Program-made: the position numbers and the translations under genes
Source of the DNA: Luteolibacter sp.
GTDB taxonomy: Bacteria; Verrucomicrobiota; Verrucomicrobiia; Verrucomicrobiales; Akkermansiaceae
Direction of reading: 5' to 3'
Length of the DNA: 64,000 bases
Assembly (NCBI GenBank): GCA_030828305.1
Contig: JAURCU010000001.1
Coordinates: forward strand, 2,820-66,819
Part shown: positions 38,513 through 48,053 of the stretch, one piece after another
How positions within the stretch are numbered: the stretch's first letter is position 1
Layout: every line of letters begins with the position of its first letter
The notes under the pieces: model-generated
What the model saw: the letters and a program-made list of their open reading frames with translations, nothing else
Database searches by the model: none
Told to the model about the DNA's origin: nothing

Positions 38513-40654
38513 TCAGTGAGCAATCTTGTGATCACTACTCCATTCAATGACGTAGCCGGAAGCCATGCCATCCCTGGAACGCTCATCCCATCCCCCTCCG
38601 GGCCGCATCAACAAGGCCGAATCCTTGATCTTGGCCTCTTTGCCCTGTGGCCAATCACTGGATATCCAGGGCTCGCCGGTGGTCCATCGCCAACCCCTGC
38701 CTGCCAGATGAAACCCACCCAACCAAATCCCCTCCGGGGCGTCAGCATCCTCGGTCAACTTCTCGATATTGAATTTTTCCGCGATGCCGCCAATCACCAC
38801 CAGGTTGCCGCCTGCCGCACGGGCAGCGAGGACGGCCTGCTTCCAGGTCGCGCTGTGCGGCACATAAAGATAATTGCGCACTCCGAAGGCACGCGTGCCG
38901 GGCGGATAAATGGGCGTTGCCGTGGCCAGGGAATCCTTGGTGGTTTTGAGAAGCGACTCTAGCGATCCCGGATTGCGGCCATCCTTGCTCCATTCGATCA
39001 CAAATTCGCGTTTGAGGTCACCTTGCAGGCTTTTGAGTTCTCCGGCGGTTCCAACCGCGAGAAATTCACCGAGCATAACGGAAGGATCCCTTGGCCGCCA
39101 TGACCTTCCATCCGCGAGAGTCCAGCTGTGACGACCACTTTTGGCAGCCCCAAGCCAGAAGGGCATGCCATCGTTTTCGACAAGCTTTTCGCGCATCCAT
39201 TCCGATGTCGCCCGGGATCCGGGGATCGCCAAATGACCACCATGCATTTGCGCATACCAGAAGGCATCATCCCAGGTCATGGGCACATTGACGTGATAGA
39301 AATAGCGATTGTCCATTTCCAGGGTTCCCGGGGGAAGTTCACTGCGGGATCCGCGCGAGAGAGCGCTGCGCAAGCGCGCCAATTCCTTGGCGGCGTCTTT
39401 TTTGGAAAGGGCAGCTTGCGTGCCGGGGCGTGGGTCGGAGTCGTTGGGGAAATCATTGGCCTCGCGGGTGTGGGGATATTCGGGCGTGGACTGCTGACCA
39501 GTTGGTCTGGCGGACCGGGGAATCACCCGAACCTCATGAGTGGATACGTTGGCCTTGTCCTCGGCCTCGTTGCGGGCCTTCTTCTGTTGATACGCACCCC
39601 AAGCCACTTTGATGGCAAGCAGCAACACGACGATCACCACAAGGTGAATCCACAGTTTGGCAGATGACGGTGGCTTCAGCAACATCACTGCTGCCCTGGG
39701 CGCGGCATTAGGCCTGTCCATTCCATCCACCGCAGCCCCCTTGGCTCCAAGACAGCTTGCGCGCGGCCCGGATGCGAGGCCACTACGGGGACTTGCTGAT
39801 TGCAATGTAGACGGACTAGTCAGCTCGGCTGCTCGTTTCTTGCGTATTGACACAACCGATCTTCTGCCAGCCTTCGGGTCAAAGGCATCCAGCAGTTCCT
39901 CGTGGAATTCCACCAACTCACGGTGGCGTTTGGAGGGATCGTCGGAAGTGGCCTTTTGCACCAGGCGTTTGAGGGCAGGTCCGATATGCTTGACGCGATC
40001 CAATGCATCCACGCCCTCGGTTTGGCCGACCGCCATCTCGCGTAGGATCACACCAATCGAATAAATGTCTGCTTGGGCTGTGGGCCGGGCACCTTCCTCA
40101 GCCATTTCGGGAGCACGAAAACGAAGTGCGCTGGGATCGAGCTTGGAAGTGTCTCCCGAAGCTTGGCTAAAGCCACCGATCTTGGGCATGTGGGTCTCAT
40201 CCAGAAGGATGTTCTTAAGGCTCAGTGCCCCATGAAAGACACCATGCTTGTGGGCATGGCACATGCCGACACAAATGCCCTCAACCAGGGTCTGCAAGTG
40301 TTTCAAATGCACCGGCTCGCCCTTGGTAGAATTCCACAGGGGCTTGCCGGCGACAAATTCGCTCACCAGATAGATCATGTTCTGCTCGATGCCGGAGTCA
40401 TAGACCCCAATCAAATTGGGGTGCATGAGCTTTGCCGTTACCTTGGCGGTTGCAGCGAAGGATTCGCGAAATTCCTGAGAGCGACTGAGCTCGGGAGAAT
40501 AAAGTTTGATTGCCGCGCAACGCTCCAGCGACTTCTGTTTGACCAGATAAACCGCCTTCATCTCATCGGCCGCAAGCCTACTCACAAACTCAAAGGCAGA
40601 CATTTGCTCATTGAGATCATCCACCTCAGGAGGGATGAAACTGGATTCAGACAT
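38513..40654 (-). CDS. Membrane pseudokinase with two C-terminal C-type-lectin-like domains
   Basis: Kinase fold colinear with the neighbour but AADEMKAVY / HGALSLKN / GGF replace Gly-loop / HRDxKxxN / DFG. TM LWIHLVVIVVLLLAIKVAW. Two repeats PPGT...Y....TW..A...A...GG.L..., W(L)G, W....G..W, ..IEW. Start placed at MSESSFIPP. Confidence 0.8.
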   Translation of the reverse strand: MSESSFIPPEVDDLNEQMSAFEFVSRLAADEMKAVYLVKQKSLERCAAIKLYSPELSRSQEFRESFAATAKVTAKLMHPNLIGVYDSGIEQNMIYLVSEFVAGKPLWNSTKGEPVHLKHLQTLVEGICVGMCHAHKHGVFHGALSLKNILLDETHMPKIGGFSQASGDTSKLDPSALRFRAPEMAEEGARPTAQADIYSIGVILREMAVGQTEGVDALDRVKHIGPALKRLVQKATSDDPSKRHRELVEFHEELLDAFDPKAGRRSVVSIRKKRAAELTSPSTLQSASPRSGLASGPRASCLGAKGAAVDGMDRPNAAPRAAVMLLKPPSSAKLWIHLVVIVVLLLAIKVAWGAYQQKKARNEAEDKANVSTHEVRVIPRSARPTGQQSTPEYPHTREANDFPNDSDPRPGTQAALSKKDAAKELARLRSALSRGSRSELPPGTLEMDNRYFYHVNVPMTWDDAFWYAQMHGGHLAIPGSRATSEWMREKLVENDGMPFWLGAAKSGRHSWTLADGRSWRPRDPSVMLGEFLAVGTAGELKSLQGDLKREFVIEWSKDGRNPGSLESLLKTTKDSLATATPIYPPGTRAFGVRNYLYVPHSATWKQAVLAARAAGGNLVVIGGIAEKFNIEKLTEDADAPEGIWLGGFHLAGRGWRWTTGEPWISSDWPQGKEAKIKDSALLMRPGGGWDERSRDGMASGYVIEWSSDHKIAH

Positions 40655-41035
40655 CTGGGCGGTAGCAGGGAATGAGTGATGAGATGAAAGGGAATTCGGA
40701 GCCTGGACGCCTGGATGGCAAACACGCTCAAATGACTTCAAAGTTAAGCCATTCATGGGCTCAGCACCAAGGACAAAGGAGAGATGTCGATATGCCGCTG
40801 ATGATGCGCCCCGATTGACCCGAGCGGCGAAACTTGTCCCATGCATATCTCGAAAACGCACTTTTGTCTCCGGTGATCAGACCAACGGGCACCAAAAGAA
40901 ATGAAATAGAGATGCCTCCATTGGCTTATTTTTAATGTGGAACATAGGCGGCTTCGTCGGATAATGTGTGGAAGGCGGCTGGATGCCAAATCGGCACATC
41001 TCCATTGAATTTGTCCCAGCTTCAAATACGGCTCC

Positions 41036-41911
41036 ATGAATGACCCCAGCCAACTTGCTCTTGCCTTGATCTTCCTCTTTACTCTGGTTGGAGCTGCTTG
41101 TGCCATCCTGTTGCGTTCCCAGTTTGGTCAGTCAGGACTCAGGGCCACGCCTCCTCCCATTCCACAGGGTAAGGTAAGCGCTTGGTTTTACCGCCCCGGA
41201 GATCTGGTGGGAGCTCTCGTCCTCTACCTGGTCTTCGCCGGTCTGTTTGCGCTCAGCTGCTTGGCTGCTCCCATGGATGCCGAGGATTACACGGCGGGCG
41301 CCCTGATTTTCAGCATGGTCTTCCAGCTCATCCTTGCCGCCGTGGTCTGCAGGCTGGCACTTCGACTCACAAACTCGAACCAATGGCTCGGTTGGCGTTG
41401 GAAAGCCTGGCCATGGCTTTTTCTAATCGGACCAGGCGTGGTCATTTTTATGTTGGTCATCTTTTGGCTGATCCAACTCAGCGGCTATTTAGAATGGATG
41501 GAGTCACTCGGCGTGGAGACCATTCAGGACACAGTCAGCTTGCTGCAGGAAGGCCGGGACCCCGTGGTGCTAATCCTGCTGGTCATCACCGCCACCCTGA
41601 TTGCGCCCGTCTGCGAGGAGGTCGTGTTCCGCGGCTACCTTCATCCCATCCTAAAGAAGTACGGCGGCGTGTGGGTCGGCGCCTTATTTTCCTCTCTGCT
41701 TTTCAGTGTTGCCCATGGCAACTTGGCCGTGGCCCTGCCTTTGTTTCTGCTAGGAGCTATTCTGGTATGGCTCTACGAGTTGACCGGCTCCATCTGGGCA
41801 CCCATTGCCGTGCACTTCTGCTTCAATGCCACCACGGTTTTTGCCCAACTTGCCACCCGCAACATGGAGATCCCATCGGCCATTCTTCCCGGCCTTCAGG
41901 TCTTCCCATGA
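41036..41911 (+). CDS. CPBP (CAAX protease / Abi) family intramembrane metalloprotease
   Basis: APVCEEVVFRG, FSVAH, H..FN; multiple TM helices. Confidence 0.92.
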   Translation: MNDPSQLALALIFLFTLVGAACAILLRSQFGQSGLRATPPPIPQGKVSAWFYRPGDLVGALVLYLVFAGLFALSCLAAPMDAEDYTAGALIFSMVFQLILAAVVCRLALRLTNSNQWLGWRWKAWPWLFLIGPGVVIFMLVIFWLIQLSGYLEWMESLGVETIQDTVSLLQEGRDPVVLILLVITATLIAPVCEEVVFRGYLHPILKKYGGVWVGALFSSLLFSVAHGNLAVALPLFLLGAILVWLYELTGSIWAPIAVHFCFNATTVFAQLATRNMEIPSAILPGLQVFP

Positions 41912-41926
41912 AGAAGTGCCCTGAAG

Positions 41927-42808
41927 ATGAATGAGGATCACCTGATAGAAGAACTGCTCAAGCAGGTACCCCTTGCGCAGGGCACTGCCGGACCTGGTGA
42001 TGATTGTGCAGTCGTGGAGCGAGAGGGAGGGCTCCTCGCGTTGCTCAAGACCGATGCCATGGTCGAGGGCGTTCATTGGTCCGCTGACACATCGCCCCAG
42101 CGTGTCGGCCACAAGGCCGTGGCCCGTGTCCTCTCCGATTTTGCAGCCATGGGAGGGCGGCCCGGGGAGTTCATGATCACTCTGGTCATCCCAAAAAAAA
42201 CGGCGCTCGATTGGTGCACCGCCTTGTATCAGGGCATGGGGGAATGCCTAAGAACCCACGGAGGTCTTATTGTTGGCGGGGAAACCAGCAGTAGCCCCGA
42301 AGGCTCACCCGCCGTTATTTCGGTGGCCGCCAGTGGCAAGGTGGAACGCGATCATTTGGTTCTTCGGAGCCATGCCACAGCTGGTGACGCCATTCTGGTC
42401 ACCGGTGAACTGGGTGGCTCCATTACCGGCAAGCACCTCGACTTCTCACCCAGGCTTGGGGAGGCTCGCTGGCTGGTGGAGCACTTCAAGCCCAATGCAA
42501 TGATGGACCTATCCGACGGCTTGGCCAGGGATTTGCCTCGCCTGGCGAAGGCATCCAACTGCGGCTTCCAACTCCGGCACGATGCCATTCCCTGCTCCGA
42601 TGGCTGCTCCACCACGCAGGCCATGACGGACGGCGAGGACTACGAACTGCTCTTCACCATCGGAGCTGATCGGGTGAATTCACTCAGGAAAGCCTGGCAC
42701 CGAAAGTTCCCCGATCTGGCGCTCACTGTCATTGGCGAAATGTGCGCCGAGCATGCAGGCGAACAGCTTGAAGGCGGCTGGGATCATTTCAGTGATTCGA
42801 TCAACTGA
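41927..42808 (+). CDS. thiL: Thiamine-monophosphate kinase
   Basis: GPGDDCAV, KTDAMVEGVH, SDFAAMGG, GGET, MDLSDGL, GEDYELLFT, GWDHF. Confidence 0.95.
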   Translation: MNEDHLIEELLKQVPLAQGTAGPGDDCAVVEREGGLLALLKTDAMVEGVHWSADTSPQRVGHKAVARVLSDFAAMGGRPGEFMITLVIPKKTALDWCTALYQGMGECLRTHGGLIVGGETSSSPEGSPAVISVAASGKVERDHLVLRSHATAGDAILVTGELGGSITGKHLDFSPRLGEARWLVEHFKPNAMMDLSDGLARDLPRLAKASNCGFQLRHDAIPCSDGCSTTQAMTDGEDYELLFTIGADRVNSLRKAWHRKFPDLALTVIGEMCAEHAGEQLEGGWDHFSDSIN

Positions 42809-43982
42809 ACTTCACCGCGTGCTTCTTTGATAGCTTTAACACGTCACCCGCCTCCGCAGAGAAGGCCGCGGCCGGATCCGTCAGCTTGACACTGTTCAAT
42901 TGCACCGCACCCGGAATGATGAACTGCTTGCGCAGCTCGCCGTTGGACTTCTTGATGCCGTAGCAACGCTCAAATGCAAGTGCGGCTACACTGAGAACAG
43001 TGACATCTCCGGGAAGTTCAGCTAGCAGCAAATCAGGAAGGTCGGCGGCAGCAAGATCGCGCTTGGAAAAACGCTGATCCCAATCGGCGCGCGCGGCCTT
43101 GGCCGCATCTTTACCATGATAACGACCTGTGAGTCGCTCAGCTAGGAACTTTTTGGCATCCATGGGATGCTGGGAAGAGTCACGCTCCTCACCGAGTAGC
43201 AACTGGTAGTAGCGATCCATGAGTTCATCGGACACACTCATCAATTTGCCATACATTTCCTGCGGCTCATCGGAAACACCCACGTAGTTATCGTAGGATT
43301 TTGACATCTTGCGCACGCCATCAAGCCCCTCGAGCAAAGGCAAGACCATGACCACCTGCTGGGGCAGTCCCTCCTCTTTCTGGAAGTCGCGGCCGACGAG
43401 AATATTGAATAGTTGGTCAGTGCCGCCGATTTCGACATCGGCACGGGTCTCCACCGAATCCCAACCCTGCATAATGGGATACTGCAGCTCGTGCAGCCTC
43501 ACCTCTTGCCCCTTGTCGATGCGGTTTTTGAAATCCTCTCGCTGCAACATCTGTTGCATGGTGACTCGCGAGTTGAGTTTTAGAACTTCCTCGTAGCTCA
43601 TCTTGCGGAACCAGTCACCATTGTAGACGATCTCGGTCTGGTCCTTGTCGAGGATCTTGAAGGCCTGATCGGTATAGGTCCCGGCGTTGGCCAGCACTTC
43701 ATCACGGGTGAGCGGCGGACGCGTGGCCGAGCGGCCCGAGGGATCGCCGATGGTGGCGGTGAAATCCCCAATCAGTAGTACCGCCTGATGGCCGAGCTCC
43801 TGGAACTGACGCAATTTTTCGAGTGCCACGGTGTGACCAAAGTGGATGTCGGGTGCGGTTGGATCCACCCCGAGCTTGATGCGAAGGGGGCGACCCAATT
43901 TGAGCTTTTCGAGCAGTTCCTTTTCGGAGAGCACCTTGGCGGCGCCGGCAGTCAGCACGGTGAGTTGTTCTTCGGGAGACAT
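42801..43982 (-). CDS. tyrS: Tyrosine--tRNA ligase
   Basis: GVDPTAPDIHFGH, EIGGTDQLFN, KMSKS, C-terminal S4-like domain. Start placed at MSPEEQL. Confidence 0.96.
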   Translation of the reverse strand: MSPEEQLTVLTAGAAKVLSEKELLEKLKLGRPLRIKLGVDPTAPDIHFGHTVALEKLRQFQELGHQAVLLIGDFTATIGDPSGRSATRPPLTRDEVLANAGTYTDQAFKILDKDQTEIVYNGDWFRKMSYEEVLKLNSRVTMQQMLQREDFKNRIDKGQEVRLHELQYPIMQGWDSVETRADVEIGGTDQLFNILVGRDFQKEEGLPQQVVMVLPLLEGLDGVRKMSKSYDNYVGVSDEPQEMYGKLMSVSDELMDRYYQLLLGEERDSSQHPMDAKKFLAERLTGRYHGKDAAKAARADWDQRFSKRDLAAADLPDLLLAELPGDVTVLSVAALAFERCYGIKKSNGELRKQFIIPGAVQLNSVKLTDPAAAFSAEAGDVLKLSKKHAVKFS

Positions 43983-44137
43983 GGTTTGTGAAATCGCTTG
44001 AGGGCGCATCATGGCGCGAGATTGGCCGATGCCAAGCATGGATGGCGGTCCGGAGCAGCACAAAAGCCCCGTTAACAACCAATTTTTGCTTTCCAAATCT
44101 GCGGGCTTCGCGCAATTCTGCCCTCCGCCAACAAAAC

Positions 44138-44214
44138 GGTGGTCGTAGCTCAGTTGGTAGAGCCCCAGATTGTGATTCTGGTTGTCGCGGGTTCGAGCCC
44201 CGTCGATCACCCCA
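44138..44214 (+). tRNA. tRNA-His (GTG)
   Basis: G-1 plus GTGGTCG/CGATCAC acceptor stem, D arm AGCTCAGTTGGTAGAGC, anticodon arm CCAGA-TTGTGAT-TCTGG, GGTTCGAG T-loop, discriminator C, encoded CCA. Confidence 0.97.
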
Positions 44215-44283
44215 TCTTTTCCATCGGGATGTGCGCATAGCACCCGCCAAATCCGGGAGGAAGGGAGGGAACCCCAGATTCTC

Positions 44284-44964
44284 ATGGAGCCGCTGGAAAG
44301 CAGGATTAACTACAAGTTTCGCAACTCCCTGTTGCTGGGCGAGGCACTGACCCACCCCAGTCTGGCTTACGAATCGCAGAAGCCCCACTTCGACAACCAA
44401 CGTCTCGAATTCCTCGGCGACGCGGTGATCCAATTGATCATCACCGAGGAACTCTATGGCCGCTTTCCATTTTTTTCCGAAGGCCAGCTCACCAAACTGC
44501 GCTCCCGCTTGGTATCTCGCACTGCGCTGGCCAAATTCGCCAGCCATATTCACCTGGGTGACTATGTCTTGCTTGGCAAGGGCGAGCAAGCCAGCGGCGG
44601 CAACAAACGCAACTCCACCCTTGCCGATGCCCTGGAAGCGCTGATCGGTGCCATCTACATCGACTCCGGCCACAAGGCCGCCCAAACCATCTTACTGCGC
44701 CTCATCGGCAACGAACTGGACAAGATGGAGGACAGTCCACAGGAAATGAATCCCAAGGGTCAGCTTCAGGAGTTGCTACAGGCCATTCATCCTGAAGCGC
44801 CCGAATACAACATTGTGAGCGAAAGTGGGCCCGATCATCGCCGCGTTTTCCAAGCTCAGGTTTTATGGCGTGGTGCGGTGCTGGCCAGCGGCAAGGGCAA
44901 GAGCAAGAAAGAGGCAGAGGCGAGGGCCGCCGCCGAGGCGCTTCGCGCCAAAAACTGGCAATAA
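44284..44964 (+). CDS. rnc: Ribonuclease III
   Basis: ALTHPS, NQRLEFLGDAV, ADALEALIGAIYID, dsRBD NPKGQLQE...GKGKSKKEAE. Confidence 0.97.
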   Translation: MEPLESRINYKFRNSLLLGEALTHPSLAYESQKPHFDNQRLEFLGDAVIQLIITEELYGRFPFFSEGQLTKLRSRLVSRTALAKFASHIHLGDYVLLGKGEQASGGNKRNSTLADALEALIGAIYIDSGHKAAQTILLRLIGNELDKMEDSPQEMNPKGQLQELLQAIHPEAPEYNIVSESGPDHRRVFQAQVLWRGAVLASGKGKSKKEAEARAAAEALRAKNWQ

Positions 44965-44965
44965 G

Positions 44966-46111
44966 ATGAGTGCGAACTCAGACAAGAAAGCGCCCCGTCT
45001 GCGATTCATCGATATGGCCCGGGCGGTGGCCATCCTCTTGATGCTTGAGGGACACTTCGTGCATCTGACCCTTGGTGAAGAATACCGGATCCGGGGGGTC
45101 TTCATTCATGACATCTGGCAGCACATGCGTGGGCTTGCAGCTCCGATGTTTTTCACGGTCACCGGGCTTATATTCGCCTATCTGCTGTGTGGCACTCCCG
45201 CCAACGAGCCTTATTTCAAGTCGCGCCGAGCGCAACGTGGCGCAATCCGCGTCGCCGAATTGATGTTCTGGGGCTATGCCCTCCAGTTTCATCCGGCGCT
45301 GCTGACCGGCACAATGAAGATTCACTCTGAGTCGTGGCTGATTGCCTTCCATGTGCTACAATGCATTGCCTGCGGCCTAATTGCCATGATCTGCATCTTT
45401 GGCCTGCTGCGCGGTTTCGGAATCAGAATCCTTCTGCCTGCCTTTCTGCTCTGCGGGTTCTCTCTGTTCCTGCTCGATCAAATCCTCCAAAACCTGCAGG
45501 GCTATTGGCCCGCAAGTGCCCCGGCCATCATCCAGAACTTCGTTAAAGGACCGACATCTCACTTCTCCATTGCGCCCTGGTTGGGTTTTACCCTCTATGG
45601 TGCTGCCATTGGCACATGGGTCCGCCATCACGAGCAGAGCAAGGGTTGCATGATTCACCCCGCACCCTTGCTGATCATCGGCTTCATACTCTCGCGCATC
45701 GGCTGGCCCATGGACAACCATATCGCCTGTGGCTTTCTCGATCTGATCGGCTACGAGGCCGCCAATCGTGAAACCTCCTTCTATTTTCACTCCCGTTTTG
45801 GCGAGGCGTTGCTACTGATCGGACTCTTGGCATGCTTCGACAAGTGGGTGAAGCTCGAAACAACCTGGTTCGAGAAAATCGGACGCAACACATTTTCGAT
45901 CTACGTGGTGCATGTGATCGTACTCTACGGAGGACTTTTCGGCATCGGCATCAACGATCTCTGGACACGCTCACTCAATCCCTGGCAAGCCGCCTTGGGC
46001 GCGCTGTTGTTCATGGTCGCCTTTGGTCTGATGGCGCAATGCATCGACCCACTGCGGGATTGGCTCAAGTCGAAGCGGCCCACATGCCTCGGAGGCCGAA
46101 GACCACAATGA
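44966..46111 (+). CDS. DUF1624 / heparan-alpha-glucosaminide N-acetyltransferase-like membrane protein
   Basis: RLRFIDMARAVAILLMLEGH, APMF, HVLQCIA, F.I.PW.GF, Y..H; about 9 TM helices. Confidence 0.7.
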   Translation: MSANSDKKAPRLRFIDMARAVAILLMLEGHFVHLTLGEEYRIRGVFIHDIWQHMRGLAAPMFFTVTGLIFAYLLCGTPANEPYFKSRRAQRGAIRVAELMFWGYALQFHPALLTGTMKIHSESWLIAFHVLQCIACGLIAMICIFGLLRGFGIRILLPAFLLCGFSLFLLDQILQNLQGYWPASAPAIIQNFVKGPTSHFSIAPWLGFTLYGAAIGTWVRHHEQSKGCMIHPAPLLIIGFILSRIGWPMDNHIACGFLDLIGYEAANRETSFYFHSRFGEALLLIGLLACFDKWVKLETTWFEKIGRNTFSIYVVHVIVLYGGLFGIGINDLWTRSLNPWQAALGALLFMVAFGLMAQCIDPLRDWLKSKRPTCLGGRRPQ

Positions 46112-46132
46112 AGGTGGATAGCCGAATCCTGT

Positions 46133-47839
46133 TCAGAGATCCAAATTCTTATCAGTAACCGCGCCCTCGCTGGCAGTGGTCACCAACTTGGCGTATTTGG
46201 CGAGCACGCCATGGCGGTAACGCGGCTCGGGCTTCTGCCACTTGGCCTTGCGCGCAGCCAGATCCTCATCACTGAGTTTCACATCCAGCCGGTTGTTGAG
46301 TGCGTCAATGGTGATTTCATCCCCATTCTCAAGCAACGCAATCGCTCCACCGCAGTAAGCTTCGGGGGTGATGTGGCCGACCACAAAACCGTGACTTCCA
46401 CCCGAGAAGCGGCCATCGGTGATCAGCGCCACGTCCTTGCCAAGGCCCAGCCCCATGATGGCACTGGTGGGCCCGAGCATCTCACGCATCCCGGGGCCGC
46501 CTTTGGGGCCCTCAAAGCGGATCACGATGACATCACCCTTGACGATCTCCTTGGCGAGGATGGCCGTCATCGCTTCGGGCTCGGAATTGAAGACTCGCGC
46601 CTTGCCGATGAAGAGCTCGCCCTCCTTGCCGGTGATCTTGGCGACCGCACCACCCTCGGCGAGATTGCCGCGCAGAATACGCAGATGGCTGTCCTTCTTG
46701 ATGGGGTTGTCGAGCGGACGGATGATCTGCTGGCCTTCGGGGTAAGTCGTGGCCATTTTCTCGAGATTCTCAGCCATGGTGCGACCAGTAACCGTCATGC
46801 AGTCACCGTGGAGCAGGCCGGCATCCAGCAGCATCTTCATCAAGGGCACGGTGCCGCCGATCTTCACCAAGTCGGCCATGGCGTGCTTGCCGGAAGGCTT
46901 GAGATCGGCGAGCAGCGGCACCTTCTTGCCGATGCGCTCGAAGTCCTCGAGGGTGATGTCCACGCCTGCAGCGTGAGCCATGGCGGGAATATGCAGACAG
47001 GCATTGGTCGAACCCCCGAGCGCGATCAGGAGTGTGATGGCGTTCTCAAAGGCCTTCTTGGTCATGATGTCGCGCGGCTTGATGCCGAGTTCGATGAGAT
47101 TGAGCACCGCAGCACCTGCGTCGAAGCAGTCGCGCATCTTGTCGTCGGAGATGGCCGCTTGGGCGGAGCTGTTGGGCAGCGACATGCCGAGAGCTTCGAT
47201 GGCACTGGCCATGGTGTTGGCGGTGTACATGCCACCGCAGGATCCGGGACCGGGAATGGCGCAGGACTCGACGGTCGCAAGATCTTCGTCGTTGTATTCG
47301 CCATTGGCATGTTTGCCGACGGCCTCGAACACGGAAACGATGTCGAGGTCCTTCTCCTCGCCCTTGATTGAAGCACAGCCGGGCATGATGGTGCCGCCGT
47401 AGACGAAGACCGAAGGACGATTCATGCGACCCATGGCCATCACGCAGCCGGGCATGTTCTTGTCGCAGCCACCAATCGCCACATACCCGTCCATGCCTTC
47501 GCAGCCGACCACGGTTTCAATCGAGTCGGCGATCACCTCGCGCGACACCAGGGAATACTTCATGCCCTCGGTGCCCATGGAGATGCCGTCGGATATGGTG
47601 ATGGTGTTGAAAATCACACCCTTGCCGCCGGCGGCATCCACACCCTTGGAGCTCTCACGCGCAAGTTTGTCGATATGAATGTTGCATGGAGTGACTTCAC
47701 TCCAGGTAGAAGCAATACCGATCTGTGGCTTGCCGAAATCTTCTTTCTCAAAGCCCACGGCATAAAGCATCGCACGGCTGGGGGCACGATCCGGACCATC
47801 GAGCATCGGACTGGAGTAGGGGCGTTTGGAATCACTCAT
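46133..47839 (-). CDS. ilvD: Dihydroxy-acid dehydratase
   Basis: [64 protein letters not shown]. Confidence 0.98.
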   Translation of the reverse strand: MSDSKRPYSSPMLDGPDRAPSRAMLYAVGFEKEDFGKPQIGIASTWSEVTPCNIHIDKLARESSKGVDAAGGKGVIFNTITISDGISMGTEGMKYSLVSREVIADSIETVVGCEGMDGYVAIGGCDKNMPGCVMAMGRMNRPSVFVYGGTIMPGCASIKGEEKDLDIVSVFEAVGKHANGEYNDEDLATVESCAIPGPGSCGGMYTANTMASAIEALGMSLPNSSAQAAISDDKMRDCFDAGAAVLNLIELGIKPRDIMTKKAFENAITLLIALGGSTNACLHIPAMAHAAGVDITLEDFERIGKKVPLLADLKPSGKHAMADLVKIGGTVPLMKMLLDAGLLHGDCMTVTGRTMAENLEKMATTYPEGQQIIRPLDNPIKKDSHLRILRGNLAEGGAVAKITGKEGELFIGKARVFNSEPEAMTAILAKEIVKGDVIVIRFEGPKGGPGMREMLGPTSAIMGLGLGKDVALITDGRFSGGSHGFVVGHITPEAYCGGAIALLENGDEITIDALNNRLDVKLSDEDLAARKAKWQKPEPRYRHGVLAKYAKLVTTASEGAVTDKNLDL

Positions 47840-48053
47840 CTCTTGGCGGAGCATCCCGCCGGATGAGGCTCCACGTCAAGCCTCCCTGCAGAGTTGGTCG
47901 GGCATCTCGATCACCAGTCTGGCAAAATCTCCAGCACATGGTCGAGATGACAAAACATGATCGAGATCCTATGTCACTTATCGGATTCACCTATCCGGCT
48001 CTCCAACTACACTTGAAAGCCCCTCGCACCTGTCTCAGTATGGTGGTCATCGC

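Noticed and set aside
46211-47371. 386 aa ORF antisense to ilvD (also long antisense ORFs over secY 60019-61059, rnc/tyrS 43702-44685, GH95 51829-52878, uvrA 32468-33292, DUF4407 9124-10116)
   Set aside because: They mirror well-conserved genes on the other strand and have no recognisable motifs; long antisense frames are expected from GC-rich codon bias.
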